Part shown: positions 1 through 10,324 of the stretch, piece after piece | How positions within the stretch are numbered: position 1 is the stretch's first letter | Layout: each line of letters starts with the position of its first letter | Source: Candidatus Latescibacterota bacterium | GTDB lineage: Bacteria; Latescibacterota; UBA2968 | DNA: 64,000 bases | Assembly (NCBI GenBank): GCA_965207885.1 | Contig: OZ242311.1 | Span: 5,696,001-5,760,000 of the forward strand | Direction of reading: 5' to 3' | Translations under genes and position numbers: made by a program | Notes under the pieces: model-generated | What the model saw: the letters and a program-made list of their open reading frames with translations, nothing else | What the model was told of the DNA's origin: nothing | The model's database searches: none

Positions 1-222
1 AGCCCAGCGATCCCACTCCCTCTCCAAAAAAGCGAGCGCAGCCTCCACGCCAGCCGGTTCATCGCCGTGCGTCCCCCCATTGATATACACAACAGGCGCG
101 TCTCCCTTGCCAGCAGACACGCACAAAACCGGCAAACCATCAACCTCCCCCAATATCTGCACATCAACACCAGACACCGCTTCCACGCGCCTGACAACAG
201 CATCGTAATCCCGTTGAACCAT
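1..222 (-). CDS. M14-family metallopeptidase / succinylglutamate desuccinylase-like protein (5' part; runs off left edge)
   Basis: Manual translation from ATG at 222: MVQRDYDAVVRRVEAV...VVYINGGTHGDEPAGVEAALAFL. HGDE is the M14/AstE zinc motif. The ATG overlaps the upstream TGA (TGATG). Not in the ORF track. Confidence 0.75.
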   Translation of the reverse strand, partial: MVQRDYDAVVRRVEAVSGVDVQILGEVDGLPVLCVSAGKGDAPVVYINGGTHGDEPAGVEAALAFLEREWDRWA

Positions 223-1181
223 CACATATCCCGAAGCGCATCAATCACCCGCGCGTGAATCTCACGGGCACTCACCACCACCCCGCGATTGTCCTCCATC
301 TGAGCAGCAGATACAAAATCCAGCGGCCTGCCAAACATATCGCTCACCTTCCCACCGGCTTCCTCAACAATAAGAGCACCCGCAGCGTGATCCCAGATAT
401 TCTCGCGATAACCCGGATATTCTGGCGACGGCAACCTCAAATACAACGCCGCATCGCCGCGTGCCACCGCACCGTATTTCACCTGACTATCCATCCTGAG
501 CGACGGCGATTCAATACCCACCGCCCGAGCCACAGCTTTGTGTGCATCGTGATCACCGTGTGACGACTCCACACTCTCGGCAAACCGCCACGCAGGTTCA
601 TCAATCCGAACAGCAGCAGCATCTCCACCCGCAAGAAGCATCGCCTGCGTCCCCTCTCCTCGCACCGCCACAAATAACACCCCACAATCACCCTCTACCT
701 CCTCCATATCCACAGGCAGAGCCGGACACGCCAGCGCGGCAACCTTCACCTCACCGCAATCGATAAGAGCTAGAGCCACCGCGTATTGATCCCCGCGCAA
801 AAAACCCTTTGTACCATCAATGGGATCGAGTGTCCAGAAACGCTCTGCAACATCCCCATTACCCGCATCAATCCAATCGCAAATTGTACCCTCATCCGCC
901 TGTGCATACGCCCGAACAAACTCGCACACAGTCTTCCGCATCGCCGTTTGCTCTCCACCCCGAAGCACCGACGCATCTTCCTCCGCCACAATCGGATCAT
1001 TGGGAAAAACCGACTTTAATCGTCTGCACACAAGCGCCTGCGAGCCAAAATCCGCAACCGTCACCGGACTGCGATCCTCCTTCTCCATCGCCCCAACAAG
1101 TGATTTTCGCACATCCACACAAAGCCGAGCCGCCTCGCGCACAGCCTCAACAGCGACCTCGCGCTCCCGATCATATCCCAT
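222..1181 (-). CDS. 3'(2'),5'-bisphosphate nucleotidase (HAL2/CysQ-like, inositol monophosphatase family)
   Basis: Motifs SPVTVADF, AEED, FWTLDPIDGTKGF, IWDHAAG. Confidence 0.9.
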   Translation of the reverse strand: MGYDREREVAVEAVREAARLCVDVRKSLVGAMEKEDRSPVTVADFGSQALVCRRLKSVFPNDPIVAEEDASVLRGGEQTAMRKTVCEFVRAYAQADEGTICDWIDAGNGDVAERFWTLDPIDGTKGFLRGDQYAVALALIDCGEVKVAALACPALPVDMEEVEGDCGVLFVAVRGEGTQAMLLAGGDAAAVRIDEPAWRFAESVESSHGDHDAHKAVARAVGIESPSLRMDSQVKYGAVARGDAALYLRLPSPEYPGYRENIWDHAAGALIVEEAGGKVSDMFGRPLDFVSAAQMEDNRGVVVSAREIHARVIDALRDM

Positions 1182-1189
1182 AAACACCC

Positions 1190-2089
1190 CTATTTCTTTT
1201 GTGCACCAAAATGATCCATCTCGCCGCGATCAATCCAACCCGGCAATCTAATCTTCTCCGACATCTTCCACGCCGTCAAATAAAGTGAAACCGTAAAACC
1301 CGCAGCCCTCTTTGCATGCTTCTCTGCAAAAGCGCGCACCGCAGGCTCATTCTTCCAATCCACATCTTTTGGAACGAGATACTGCTCCATAGACAACGCA
1401 GACTCAACCTCTCCGTAACTCTCGTGCATCTGTGCCACAATACCCGTCATCAAACTATCCACGGGCGCGGCAGTCAAACCCTCGGCAATCTCTTCGGGTC
1501 TCAAATCCAAATTCTGAAGCAACCCATCAATCTTCTCGTGAATACGCGTCCTCGACGACTTGCCATCTACCACGCGACCATTCCAATGAATCGTCAAATT
1601 CAGAGGCTGACAAACCTCCTGAGCAAAATGCGCCACATACCCGGCGTATATCAAACACTTATTCTGAATATGTGGATTATCGGGCCACTTGCGAAACTCT
1701 GCAAAAGAAAGAGCGAGTTGCCCGGTATATTCCGCTGTCACGTACGGCAACAACCCCACCTGCTCTGGCTTCTTCCCCAACTCTGCACATAGCCTTGCAA
1801 ACGCGTACCGCGACGCGGGCAAATCCGCCACCTCAAACAACTCCATATTAAAATAATGAACCGGATGACCAGCCTTCTCCAGATGAAGCGTACCGCGATT
1901 CTTCGCAACATCCGGATCAACCGCCGCATGAGCCACCATACCTGCGCCAGCCCTGAGAAAAGCAGGCGCATCTGCCGGAAGAGCCTGAACAGCCGCCCAT
2001 GTCAAAATGCCGTGCCCTCGCGGCCACCAGCCCCAGGCGGACGACCCGAATACAAACAGTACCAATAAAACCATACCCAATCGACGCAT
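1190..2089 (-). CDS. Secreted S1/P1 nuclease / zinc phospholipase C-like protein, paralog with altered metal ligands
   Basis: Signal peptide then WWPRGH, DPD, HYFN, AHFAQEVCQPLN, IHEKID; clearly paralogous to 2109-3002. Confidence 0.7.
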   Translation of the reverse strand: MRRLGMVLLVLFVFGSSAWGWWPRGHGILTWAAVQALPADAPAFLRAGAGMVAHAAVDPDVAKNRGTLHLEKAGHPVHYFNMELFEVADLPASRYAFARLCAELGKKPEQVGLLPYVTAEYTGQLALSFAEFRKWPDNPHIQNKCLIYAGYVAHFAQEVCQPLNLTIHWNGRVVDGKSSRTRIHEKIDGLLQNLDLRPEEIAEGLTAAPVDSLMTGIVAQMHESYGEVESALSMEQYLVPKDVDWKNEPAVRAFAEKHAKRAAGFTVSLYLTAWKMSEKIRLPGWIDRGEMDHFGAQKK

Positions 2090-2108
2090 CGATAATCTCC
2101 TTTCTTTT

Positions 2109-3002
2109 CTACTCCCCGTCCCAAACCTCTCGCTTCACATAATCTGCAATCTCCAAACGCTCGGACAATCGCCAGGCAGTCAAATAAAGCCGCGCGGTAA
2201 ACCGCGTCGCAGCGCGGGCGCGATCTTTTGCAAAAGCGATCACCTCGGCATTCGGTACCCAATTCTCCTCATCATATCTGGGAATATTCGGTCCCATTTC
2301 ATAAACCCGGTCAACCAGTGCAAACCCCTCCTCAAACTCCCGCATAATCTCAGACATCGTGTTTTCAAAAGGCGTCACATCCTGATTGCGCGACAAATCC
2401 CCTGGCTCCATCTTCAAAAACTGCACCAGGCCATCCACCTTCAGGTGAATACCCCTCTGCAACTTTTCGCCCCCCTCCTGCACGCGTCCATCATAGTGAA
2501 TCGTCAAATGCAAAGGCTGGCACATATCCTCGGCATAGTGCGCGAGAAAACCCGCATAAATCAGGCACTTACTCTGAATATGCGGATTATCGGGCCACTT
2601 GCGAAACTCAGCAAAAGCCACCGCCAGCCGCTCTGTCCACTCATTCACCGCATAAGGCACAAAACCCATCTTCTCGGGCGACACCCCATGCTCATAACAC
2701 AACTTCACAAACGCATAGCGACTCTCGGGCAACGCCTCCACATCGAGCATCTCGCGATCCAAAAAATGCTCTGGATACTCTGCGCCTCGCACCTGCGGCG
2801 TACCCCGGTTCTTACCCATATCGGGATCAATACTCAAATGCGCCACCGTCTTTGCCCCCTGCCTGAAAAACGCGGGAACCTCATCAGGCAAAGCCGCCAC
2901 AGCGGACAAAGTCAGAATATGATGCCCCTCCAGCAACCAGCCTCGAGCAGGAGAACACACCCCTGCGAGGAGTAAAACGGCAATAGCAAATCGTTTGATC
3001 AT
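2109..3002 (-). CDS. Secreted S1/P1 nuclease / zinc phospholipase C-like protein
   Basis: Signal peptide then WLLEGH, DPD, EHFLD, AHYAEDMCQPLH, IHLKVD; matches the tri-zinc ligand pattern. Confidence 0.75.
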   Translation of the reverse strand: MIKRFAIAVLLLAGVCSPARGWLLEGHHILTLSAVAALPDEVPAFFRQGAKTVAHLSIDPDMGKNRGTPQVRGAEYPEHFLDREMLDVEALPESRYAFVKLCYEHGVSPEKMGFVPYAVNEWTERLAVAFAEFRKWPDNPHIQSKCLIYAGFLAHYAEDMCQPLHLTIHYDGRVQEGGEKLQRGIHLKVDGLVQFLKMEPGDLSRNQDVTPFENTMSEIMREFEEGFALVDRVYEMGPNIPRYDEENWVPNAEVIAFAKDRARAATRFTARLYLTAWRLSERLEIADYVKREVWDGE

Positions 3003-3035
3003 TAATACCTCCTGGAGTCACACATAAAGAAAGAC

Positions 3036-3064
3036 AGCGGAGAAACTCAGAAAGTTTCTCCGCT
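3036..3064 (-). terminator. Hairpin downstream of tRNA-Sec (likely terminator)
   Basis: AGCGGAGAAACT-cagaa-AGTTTCTCCGCT, perfect 12-bp inverted repeat. Confidence 0.65.
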
Positions 3065-3072
3065 ATCAAAAA

Positions 3073-3170
3073 TGGCGGGAATGTGTGGGAATCGAACCCA
3101 CCAAGCGTGGGGTTAGCACGCAACAACGGGTTTGAAGCCCGCGGGGGACACCAGTTCCCCATCCACTCCC
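3073..3170 (-). tRNA. selC: tRNA-Sec (anticodon UCA)
   Basis: Minus strand GGGAGTGGATGGGGAACTGGTGTCCCCCGCGGGCTTCAAACCCG...GGTGGGTTCGATTCCCACACATTCCCGCCA: UCA anticodon loop, extended D stem, long variable arm, T-loop GTTCGATTC, encoded CCA, 98 nt; directly downstream of selD. Confidence 0.95.
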
Positions 3171-3172
3171 AA

Positions 3173-4216
3173 TCACGCTCGTACCTCAATCTCACCGGGA
3201 TGTTCTGCAACCACCTCGCCAATATCTCGAGCCATCACACCGCGCTCAATTAATGCCCCAAGAAAAGCATCAGCCACATCGGGCGCAAGTGCAATTAACA
3301 GGCCACCAGAAGTCTGCGGATCAAAAAACAAACGCCTCAAAGCCTCATCAACATCATCGGCAAATCTCACCGCATGCCCTCGCGCCGCCCGATTGCGCCG
3401 CAAACCACCGCCCTCGCGCCCCTCTGCAATCTGCAAAGCCAGATCAAAACGCGGCACATCAGAAGCCCGAATGCAAAACCCGACGCCACTCGCCTGCGCC
3501 ATCTCCAACCCGTGACCGAGCAACCCAAACCCCGTAATATCCGTACACCCATGCGCTTTATATGCAACCATCTCCTCAGCTGCAATGCGATTCAACTGCA
3601 CCATAGAATCTACGGCAATCTGCAAAGCATCTTCATCGATCTCGCCATTTTGATAGGCATCCGACATCAAACCCGTACCCAGCGGCTTGGTCAAAATGAG
3701 ACGATCGCCCACCCGGGCACCTGCATTGGTCTTCACATCATCTGGATGCACAACCCCCGTCACAGACAACCCGAACTTGGGCTCCACATCCTCCACAGAA
3801 TGTCCACCCACCAAAACCGCGCCAGACTCTGCCACCTTCTCCTGTGCCCCTCTTAAAACCTCGGCAATCACCTCTGGGGCGACATCATCACTCGGAAACC
3901 CGCAAATATTCAGCGCAGTAATCGGGCGCCCCCCCATCGCATACACATCGCTCAGCGAATTGGCTGCCGCAATCTGTCCATACGCATTCGGATCATCGAC
4001 AATAGGCGTAAAAAAATCCACCGTCTGAATAAGCGCCACATCCTCAGAAATCCGAAACACCCCGGCATCATCAGCCGTATTCATCCCCACCATCAAATCG
4101 GGATGCGCCACAGGCGACAACTTTTTTAAAATCACATCCAGCACCGCTGGATCGAGTTTCGATGCTCAACCACCGCAACTGACGAGCTGCGTCAATCTTT
4201 TAGCGCGATACTTCAT
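3173..4216 (-). CDS. selD: Selenide, water dikinase SelD, itself a selenoprotein (UGA at 4166-4168 = Sec17)
   Basis: MKYRAKRLTQLVSCGG-U-ASKLDPAVLD in frame with ORF 3173-4144; motifs DDAGV, TVDFFTP, NSLSDVYAMGG, DITGFGLLGH, DPQTSGGLL; SECIS-like hairpin after UGA; RBS GAGGAG. Confidence 0.95.
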
Positions 4217-5025
4217 TTTTTCAACTCCTCATCTTCTCTCGCCATCTGTTCCTTTTGCCAGCGATAATCGACCTTGCCATCGTAAAACATCCCGGGGTTC
4301 TCTATCGCCCACAACTGCTTTCGAATCAACCAATTCTTGGGATCCAGAACATACGCGCGCTTTAACTCTGCAATCGCGTCTTCCCGCTTCCCCTGTTTGA
4401 GCAACGCGATAGCGCGCTGAAATTTCGCATCGGCCTCCTGCTCATCCGCAGTCAGTGCGCGGGGTTTCGCACCCTTATCCCCATTGCGCCATGCGCCAGG
4501 AATAGCCCCCGATGTTATCCACTCGACCAGTTCTCCGCGCAGAGTTCCCTTGTCAATATTAACACTACCAACACTGCGGACAAGTCGCCCTTCTTCATCC
4601 ACAAAAATCCCAACCGGCACGAATTTGACATTATACGCTTTGCCAATCGCATTGTGCTGATCCAGCAATGCGCGATATGTGCCACCGGCCTTTTCAACCC
4701 AGGGTCTGGCAACCTCGGCACCCTGTGCATCCTGGGCAATGACCACCACCTCAACCTGTTCACCGTACTCCTGATAAAACGCTTGCCATCCAGGCAACTG
4801 AGCGCGGCACCCTCACCAGGACGCCCACATAAAAAACGCCGTCTTCTTCCCGCGAAAATCACTCGAAGAAATCAGTTCCCCAGTGTACAAATCTGGCAGT
4901 GTAAACACAGGCGGCGCGTGCCCAATACCCAGACCCACAGCAGTGTCATTCGGCACTTCTTCACCAAACAGGGTATGAGCCGCCCCACTCATCACCAGGA
5001 CCAATACAAATACTATTTTTTTCAT
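4213..5025 (-). CDS. Exported thioredoxin/peroxiredoxin-like selenoprotein (WASW-U-GC motif) with C-terminal TPR; UGA at 4813-4815
   Basis: ORFs 4813-5025 and 4213-4797 are in one frame separated only by a TGA at the catalytic Cys position of the TlpA WAxWC motif; hairpin TTGCC-TGGAT-GGCAA follows; stop overlaps the selD ATG. Confidence 0.88.
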
Positions 5026-5103
5026 CTCGTATCCAATCTAACAGAATTTGAACAATGTGCAACACACAAGCCCGTATTCATCTCGTATCCGAACCCGTGA
5101 ACA

Positions 5104-5140
5104 TCAAACCGCTCGGCAATCATCTCACCGAGCGGTTTGA
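5104..5140. terminator. Inverted repeat between msrP and the selenoprotein gene
   Basis: TCAAACCGCTCGG-N11-CCGAGCGGTTTGA. Confidence 0.55.
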
Positions 5141-5163
5141 CATGCAGCAAGTATTGTATTCCA

Positions 5164-6123
5164 CTAACCGTACAGATGCGCCACATAATCGCCATACCCA
5201 TTGTACATCCGGGTCGGCACGCGATCCATCGTCCCGATCAACCGCTCTGTTGCCTGAGACCAGCGCGGGTGTGGCACATTGGGATTTACATTAGACCAAA
5301 AATCGTACTCAGCAGGTGCCACCTTGTTCCAGAACGTCGGAGGTTGTCGTTTCGTGAACTCGATCTTCACAATGGACTTAATACTCTTATACCCGTATTT
5401 CCACGGCGTGACCAACCGAATGGGTGCCCCGTGCTGTTTGGGCAACGCATGACCGTAAATACCCGTCGTGAGCAACGTCAGTTCATTCGTCGCCTCTTCC
5501 ATTGTCAGCCCCTCAAAATAAGGCCACGGATACCAGGACTGCGTCTTGATACCCGGCGCCTGATCCGGGCGATTGAACGTCACCATCCGCACGTACTTTG
5601 CCGACGACGTGGGCTGCACATAATCGATCAATGCCTTCATTGGAAACCCCGTCCACGGCACCGTCATCGCCCATGCTTCCACGCACCGAAACCGGTACAC
5701 GCGCTCTTCCAGCGCGAACCGCTTGAGCAAATCGTCCAGATCATACGTCCCGGCCTTCTCCACATAACCCGAAATCTCAATCTCCCAGGGGCGCACCTCA
5801 AACTTATCCGTCAACTCGTGAACCTTACCCTTATTCGTGGTAAACTCGTAAAAATTATTGTACCGCGCGGCAACCTTCTCCTCCGTCAATTCCCGCTCCA
5901 CCGTGTACTTTTCATTGCGCTTTGCCGGATACAAACCCGGCAGCGACGGGGGAACTTCCACCTCAAACTCATCTTCTGCCATCGCGCAACCCGCACCAAT
6001 CACCGCACTCGCGCCCGCAACACCTATAGCCTGCATAAAGCGCCGACGATTCAGGTAAATGTCTTCAGGCGTAACCTCACCTTCGGACAACTGCCAGCCT
6101 TTGGGAATATGGATAAAAGCCAT
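5164..6123 (-). CDS. msrP: Protein-methionine-sulfoxide reductase catalytic subunit MsrP (YedY)
   Basis: VTPE..YLNRRRFM Tat signal, YNNFYEF, RFRCVEAW, GAPIRLVTPWKYGYKSIKSI, HPRWSQATER. Confidence 0.95.
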   Translation of the reverse strand: MAFIHIPKGWQLSEGEVTPEDIYLNRRRFMQAIGVAGASAVIGAGCAMAEDEFEVEVPPSLPGLYPAKRNEKYTVERELTEEKVAARYNNFYEFTTNKGKVHELTDKFEVRPWEIEISGYVEKAGTYDLDDLLKRFALEERVYRFRCVEAWAMTVPWTGFPMKALIDYVQPTSSAKYVRMVTFNRPDQAPGIKTQSWYPWPYFEGLTMEEATNELTLLTTGIYGHALPKQHGAPIRLVTPWKYGYKSIKSIVKIEFTKRQPPTFWNKVAPAEYDFWSNVNPNVPHPRWSQATERLIGTMDRVPTRMYNGYGDYVAHLYG

Positions 6124-6151
6124 CGCATGCCTCCATTTTTTTTACGGAGAA

Positions 6152-7459
6152 TTACCGCTGATCCATCGCCACATAATCGCGTTTATCTGATCCGGTATAA
6201 ATCTGGCGCGGACGGGCGATCTTCTGTTCGCTATCCCCCAGCATCTCTTTCCACTGCGCCAGCCAGCCGCACGACCGTCCCACTGCAAATAACACCGTCA
6301 TCATCCGCGTGGGCAATCCAATCGCCTGATAAATAATACCCGAATAAAAATCCACATTGGGATACAACTGACGCGAAATAAAATACTCCTCCTGCAGGGC
6401 AATCCGCTCCAACTCCAGCGCAATATCAATCAGGGGATTTTTACCCGTCACCTCAAACACACTATACGCGGTCTCTTTGACAATCGCCGCCCTGGGATCG
6501 TAATTCTTGTAAACCCGATGCCCAAACCCCTGCAACACCACCTCTTTGTTCTCCACCCGTTCGATATAAGCCGGCACCTTATCCACAGAGCCGATCTCAT
6601 TGAGCATATTGAGCACGGCTTCATTCGCGCCCCCGTGTGCCGGACCGTAAAGCGCCGCTGCTGCACCGGCCATAGATGAATACGGATCTGCCCCTCCACT
6701 GGCAATACCCCGCATGATACTGGTAGATAAATTCTGACCGTGATCGGCGTGCAAAATGAGCAACACTTCCAGCGCGCGCTCGAGCACCGGATCAGCCCGG
6801 TACGCCTCCCCCTCTGCCCCAAACAACATATTCAAAAAATTGCCGTAAAACCCCAACCCGGGATCTGACGACACATAAGGCGAGCCAGCACTGCGGCGAT
6901 GCACCGCAGCACCTATGGTCGCAACATTGCCGATCAACCGACAAATATGACGAATCTGTGCCTCTTCGGTTCCAAAATCTCCCTCATCGTCGTAAAAAAC
7001 CGACAGTGCCCCCAGCGCACCCACCAGCATACCCATCGTATGAGACCCTTTGGGAAAACCATCGATAAAAGACAAAATATCGTCTGAAATCACCGTTTGA
7101 GAATTTACCTGCTCGGAAAATCCATCCAATTGATCGCGGCTGGGCAACTCGCCATAAACCAGCAAATAAGCCACTTCGAGATAAGAAGACGCCGCCACCA
7201 ACTGCTCAATGGGATACCCGCGATAGCGCAAAATCCCCTTCGCCCCATCGATATACGTAACCGCACTGCTGCAAGACGCCGTATTGACATACGACGGGTC
7301 GTATCCCAACAGGCCAAAATCATTATCCGAACCCTTGATTTGGTTCAAATCTGCCGAACGCACATGGGCACCGTCCTCAGAATACGTGCCATAAGTAATA
7401 GGTAAATCATACTTTTTATCTGTCCGATTATCAATAACTTTAAGTGAATCCTTGCTCAT
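6152..7459 (-). CDS. gltA: Citrate synthase
   Basis: GILRYRGYPIEQL, ILHADH, LYGPAHGGANE, GFGHRVYKNYDPRA, YPNVDFYSG, RPRQIY. Confidence 0.93.
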   Translation of the reverse strand: MSKDSLKVIDNRTDKKYDLPITYGTYSEDGAHVRSADLNQIKGSDNDFGLLGYDPSYVNTASCSSAVTYIDGAKGILRYRGYPIEQLVAASSYLEVAYLLVYGELPSRDQLDGFSEQVNSQTVISDDILSFIDGFPKGSHTMGMLVGALGALSVFYDDEGDFGTEEAQIRHICRLIGNVATIGAAVHRRSAGSPYVSSDPGLGFYGNFLNMLFGAEGEAYRADPVLERALEVLLILHADHGQNLSTSIMRGIASGGADPYSSMAGAAAALYGPAHGGANEAVLNMLNEIGSVDKVPAYIERVENKEVVLQGFGHRVYKNYDPRAAIVKETAYSVFEVTGKNPLIDIALELERIALQEEYFISRQLYPNVDFYSGIIYQAIGLPTRMMTVLFAVGRSCGWLAQWKEMLGDSEQKIARPRQIYTGSDKRDYVAMDQR

Positions 7460-7507
7460 CACAAGCCCCTTTCTCATAATCCACCCATTTGGAGGAGAAT
7501 TGTTCTG

Positions 7508-8173
7508 CTATTGCGCTATAACCTGATAAACTCTACGCGAAATGCTCTCATCTGCAGGATCGGACGCCACAGAAACCGCATCAAAAACGCGCTGCAATGC
7601 CCGTTCATAAGATGCCCCACCCGCACAAATCGCAAGTGCCCCGCCCACCCGAAGTCGCATTTGCAACACGCGCAACATCGACAAACTGTAAGCCTGACGA
7701 TTCCCTGCTCGCGCCACCTGATCTGGCCCAACATCAATATGCATCGCAATACCGTGATAATTGCGCGGAGAACCCTGCACATAAGAACAAAAATCGCCCA
7801 CAATAAGCTCGACTCGTGCGTCATTCAGCAAATCGGCATTGGTCAAAAAGGTGCGATTCCATTCTACAATTTGCGGTTCAATTTCCACCACACAAACGGA
7901 CTGCACAGCCCTGTGCTTCAGCACCTGCCGCAACGTCACGCCCAATCCAAGCCCACCGATCAACACATCGGCATAGCTCTGACCTGGAGAAATGCCAGAT
8001 AGCGCGAGATCGGCAAGTGCGATCTCCAAATTGGAACTGCTACTCGCAATCACACACCCATTTATAGAAAGCACATGATGCACCTGCTCGTCAACCGTCA
8101 CCGCGTCAAGCCGAAAATTTCCATTTTGCGTCTGGACCGATGCCACATGACCTGACGTACTATCGCTCTGCAT
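7508..8173 (-). CDS. Spermidine-synthase-like SAM-dependent methyltransferase
   Basis: VLIGGLGLGVTL, VVEIEP, IVGDF. Confidence 0.7.
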   Translation of the reverse strand: MQSDSTSGHVASVQTQNGNFRLDAVTVDEQVHHVLSINGCVIASSSSNLEIALADLALSGISPGQSYADVLIGGLGLGVTLRQVLKHRAVQSVCVVEIEPQIVEWNRTFLTNADLLNDARVELIVGDFCSYVQGSPRNYHGIAMHIDVGPDQVARAGNRQAYSLSMLRVLQMRLRVGGALAICAGGASYERALQRVFDAVSVASDPADESISRRVYQVIAQ

Positions 8174-8336
8174 TCATCGCGCCTTTTTTTCTAAAAAACC
8201 AATTTGAGCCAGTGTTACAATATAACGGAGATTCCAAAATTTTCAAACACATTTGGTCGGAAAACGGGATCATTACCCACTTGATTTTTCAAACGCGAAT
8301 CCCTTTATTGACGCACCGCCCAACAGGAATACATTT

Positions 8337-9158
8337 ATGAGTCAACACATCGGCAACATTGAAATCATTGCAACACACATCCCCCGGGGGCATTATCGCT
8401 CAGTGCTCTTTGATTTTGACGGCACATTGTCGCTCATTCGCCAGGGCTGGCGCGAAATCATGATCCCCATGATGGTCGAAGTACTCTCCGAACTCAACAC
8501 CGGCGAAACCGAAGCGGAACACCGCGTTCTGGTCACCGAATTTATCGACCGCCTCACCGGCAGACAAACCATCTACCAGATGATTCAGCTCTGTGAAGAA
8601 ATCCAGAAACGCGGTGGCATTCCAGATGATCCCCTGACCTACAAACAGCGCTTTCACGACCTGCTCAACGCCCACATAGCCCATCGCATTCGCGGCCTCG
8701 AAACCGGCGAAATTGATCCCAACGACCTCATGCTACCCCATACCCGCGCACTGCTCGACAATCTATCCAACCGCGGCCTGGCACTTTATTTAGCCAGCGG
8801 CACCGACCTCGTCTTTGTCCGCCGCGAAGTCGAATTACTGGGCCTTACGACCTACTTTGAAGACCGCGTCTTTGGCGCATTGGACCAGCACGAAAATTTT
8901 TCCAAAGCTATGGTCATTCAGAACATGCTCAAAACCCACGCCATAGACGGCTCCGAACTCCTCGGTTTTGGCGATGGATACGTCGAAATCGAAAACGTAA
9001 AAGCCGTGGGCGGCACCGCAGTCGGCGTTGCATCAGACGAAGTCAAACGCAAAGGCATCAACGCCTGGAAGCGAAACCGCCTCATCGAAGTCGGTGCAGA
9101 TATCATCATCCCGGAATACCGCGAGCAAAAAACCCTCATCGCATATCTGTGTGATTAA
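8337..9158 (+). CDS. HAD-superfamily hydrolase
   Basis: FDFDGTLS motif I, LASGT, FSK, FGDGYVE. Confidence 0.85.
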   Translation: MSQHIGNIEIIATHIPRGHYRSVLFDFDGTLSLIRQGWREIMIPMMVEVLSELNTGETEAEHRVLVTEFIDRLTGRQTIYQMIQLCEEIQKRGGIPDDPLTYKQRFHDLLNAHIAHRIRGLETGEIDPNDLMLPHTRALLDNLSNRGLALYLASGTDLVFVRREVELLGLTTYFEDRVFGALDQHENFSKAMVIQNMLKTHAIDGSELLGFGDGYVEIENVKAVGGTAVGVASDEVKRKGINAWKRNRLIEVGADIIIPEYREQKTLIAYLCD

Positions 9159-9177
9159 CCACCCTAAAGGAGTTGCC

Positions 9178-10302
9178 ATGAAAATCACCAAACTCGAAAC
9201 CTTTCTCGTCAAACCGCGCTGGCTCTTTCTCAAAATGCACACAGACGAGGGCCTCATTGGCCTTGGCGAACCCATCCTCGAAGGACGCGCCCGTACCTGC
9301 GCTCAAGCCGTAGCAGAACTCGAACCCTATCTCATCGGCAAAGACCCCCGTCGCGTGGTGCATCACTGGCAGGCCATGTATCGCCATGCATTTTATCGCG
9401 GCGGACCCATTCTCACCAGCGCCCTATCCGGTGTTGAACAAGCACTTTGGGACCTCGCCGGAAAAGCCGCGAACATGCCCGTCTATGAAATGCTCGGCGG
9501 GCCCCTGCGCGACCGCATAAAAATGTACAAAGGCACGGGAGGAGGCGGCACGCCCGAACAGGCCGCTGCCGCAGTCAAAGAACGCAAAAAGCAGGGATTT
9601 ATCGCCATAAAGACCGGACCGGCCAAAATTCGCCCGGCGCGCATTGTCGAATCCCCGGCCTTTATCGATCACGCCGTCGAAACATTTGCCGCCATGCGCG
9701 AAGCGGGCGGGCCGGACTTTGACATCGCCATCGACTTTCACGGCGCCATATCACCGCAAACCGCCGCCATACTCATCAAAGCACTGGAACCCTATCAGCC
9801 GATGTTTGTCGAAGAACCCATCCAGTGTCAAGACATAGAAGGCATGGCAGAACTTGCACGCAAAACCCACTTGCCCATCGCAACAGGCGAACGCATCTTC
9901 ACCAAATGGGGCTTCCGCGACCTCCTCGAAAAACGCGCCTGTTCCATCATACAGCCCGACCTGTCACACGCTGGCGGCATCTTCGAGACCCGTCTGATCG
10001 CAGGCATGGCAGAATCCTATTACGCAGCCGTTGCCCCGCACTGTCCGCTCGGCCCCATTTCATTAGCCGCCTGCATCCAGCTCGACGCCAGCATACCCAA
10101 CTTTCTCGCGCAAGAACACACCATGTTTGGCGAAGACTATCTCAAAGAACCGTTCCGATTCAAAGACGGCTACGTCGAATTGCCCAAAGGTCCCGGCCTT
10201 GGCATTGAACTGGACGACGACAAAATGGAAGACAAAATTGGCCACGACTGGACCAATCAAAGATCCCTTCATCCCGATGACGGATCGGTCGTTGATTGGT
10301 AA
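9178..10302 (+). CDS. dgoD: Galactonate dehydratase (enolase superfamily)
   Basis: MKITKLETFLVKPRWLFLK, GEPILEGRA, FYRGGP, DFHG, EEP, ATGER, QPDLSHAGGI, APHCPLGP, DGSVVDW. Confidence 0.88.
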   Translation: MKITKLETFLVKPRWLFLKMHTDEGLIGLGEPILEGRARTCAQAVAELEPYLIGKDPRRVVHHWQAMYRHAFYRGGPILTSALSGVEQALWDLAGKAANMPVYEMLGGPLRDRIKMYKGTGGGGTPEQAAAAVKERKKQGFIAIKTGPAKIRPARIVESPAFIDHAVETFAAMREAGGPDFDIAIDFHGAISPQTAAILIKALEPYQPMFVEEPIQCQDIEGMAELARKTHLPIATGERIFTKWGFRDLLEKRACSIIQPDLSHAGGIFETRLIAGMAESYYAAVAPHCPLGPISLAACIQLDASIPNFLAQEHTMFGEDYLKEPFRFKDGYVELPKGPGLGIELDDDKMEDKIGHDWTNQRSLHPDDGSVVDW

Positions 10303-10324
10303 AATAGTTTCTTAAGGAGACCGC

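Noticed and set aside
3073-3170. selC as an island integration site
   Set aside because: No duplicated tRNA 3' end or integrase seen; flanking genes show host-type skew
4166-4815. selD and the thioredoxin-like gene as nonsense pseudogenes
   Set aside because: Both UGAs fall at catalytic Cys/Sec positions, have SECIS-like hairpins, and tRNA-Sec is adjacent
5137-6336. Long antisense ORFs (e.g. 2007-2975, 5137-6336, 20681-21952, 51166-52278)
   Set aside because: Shadow frames opposite well-supported genes, with no recognisable motifs
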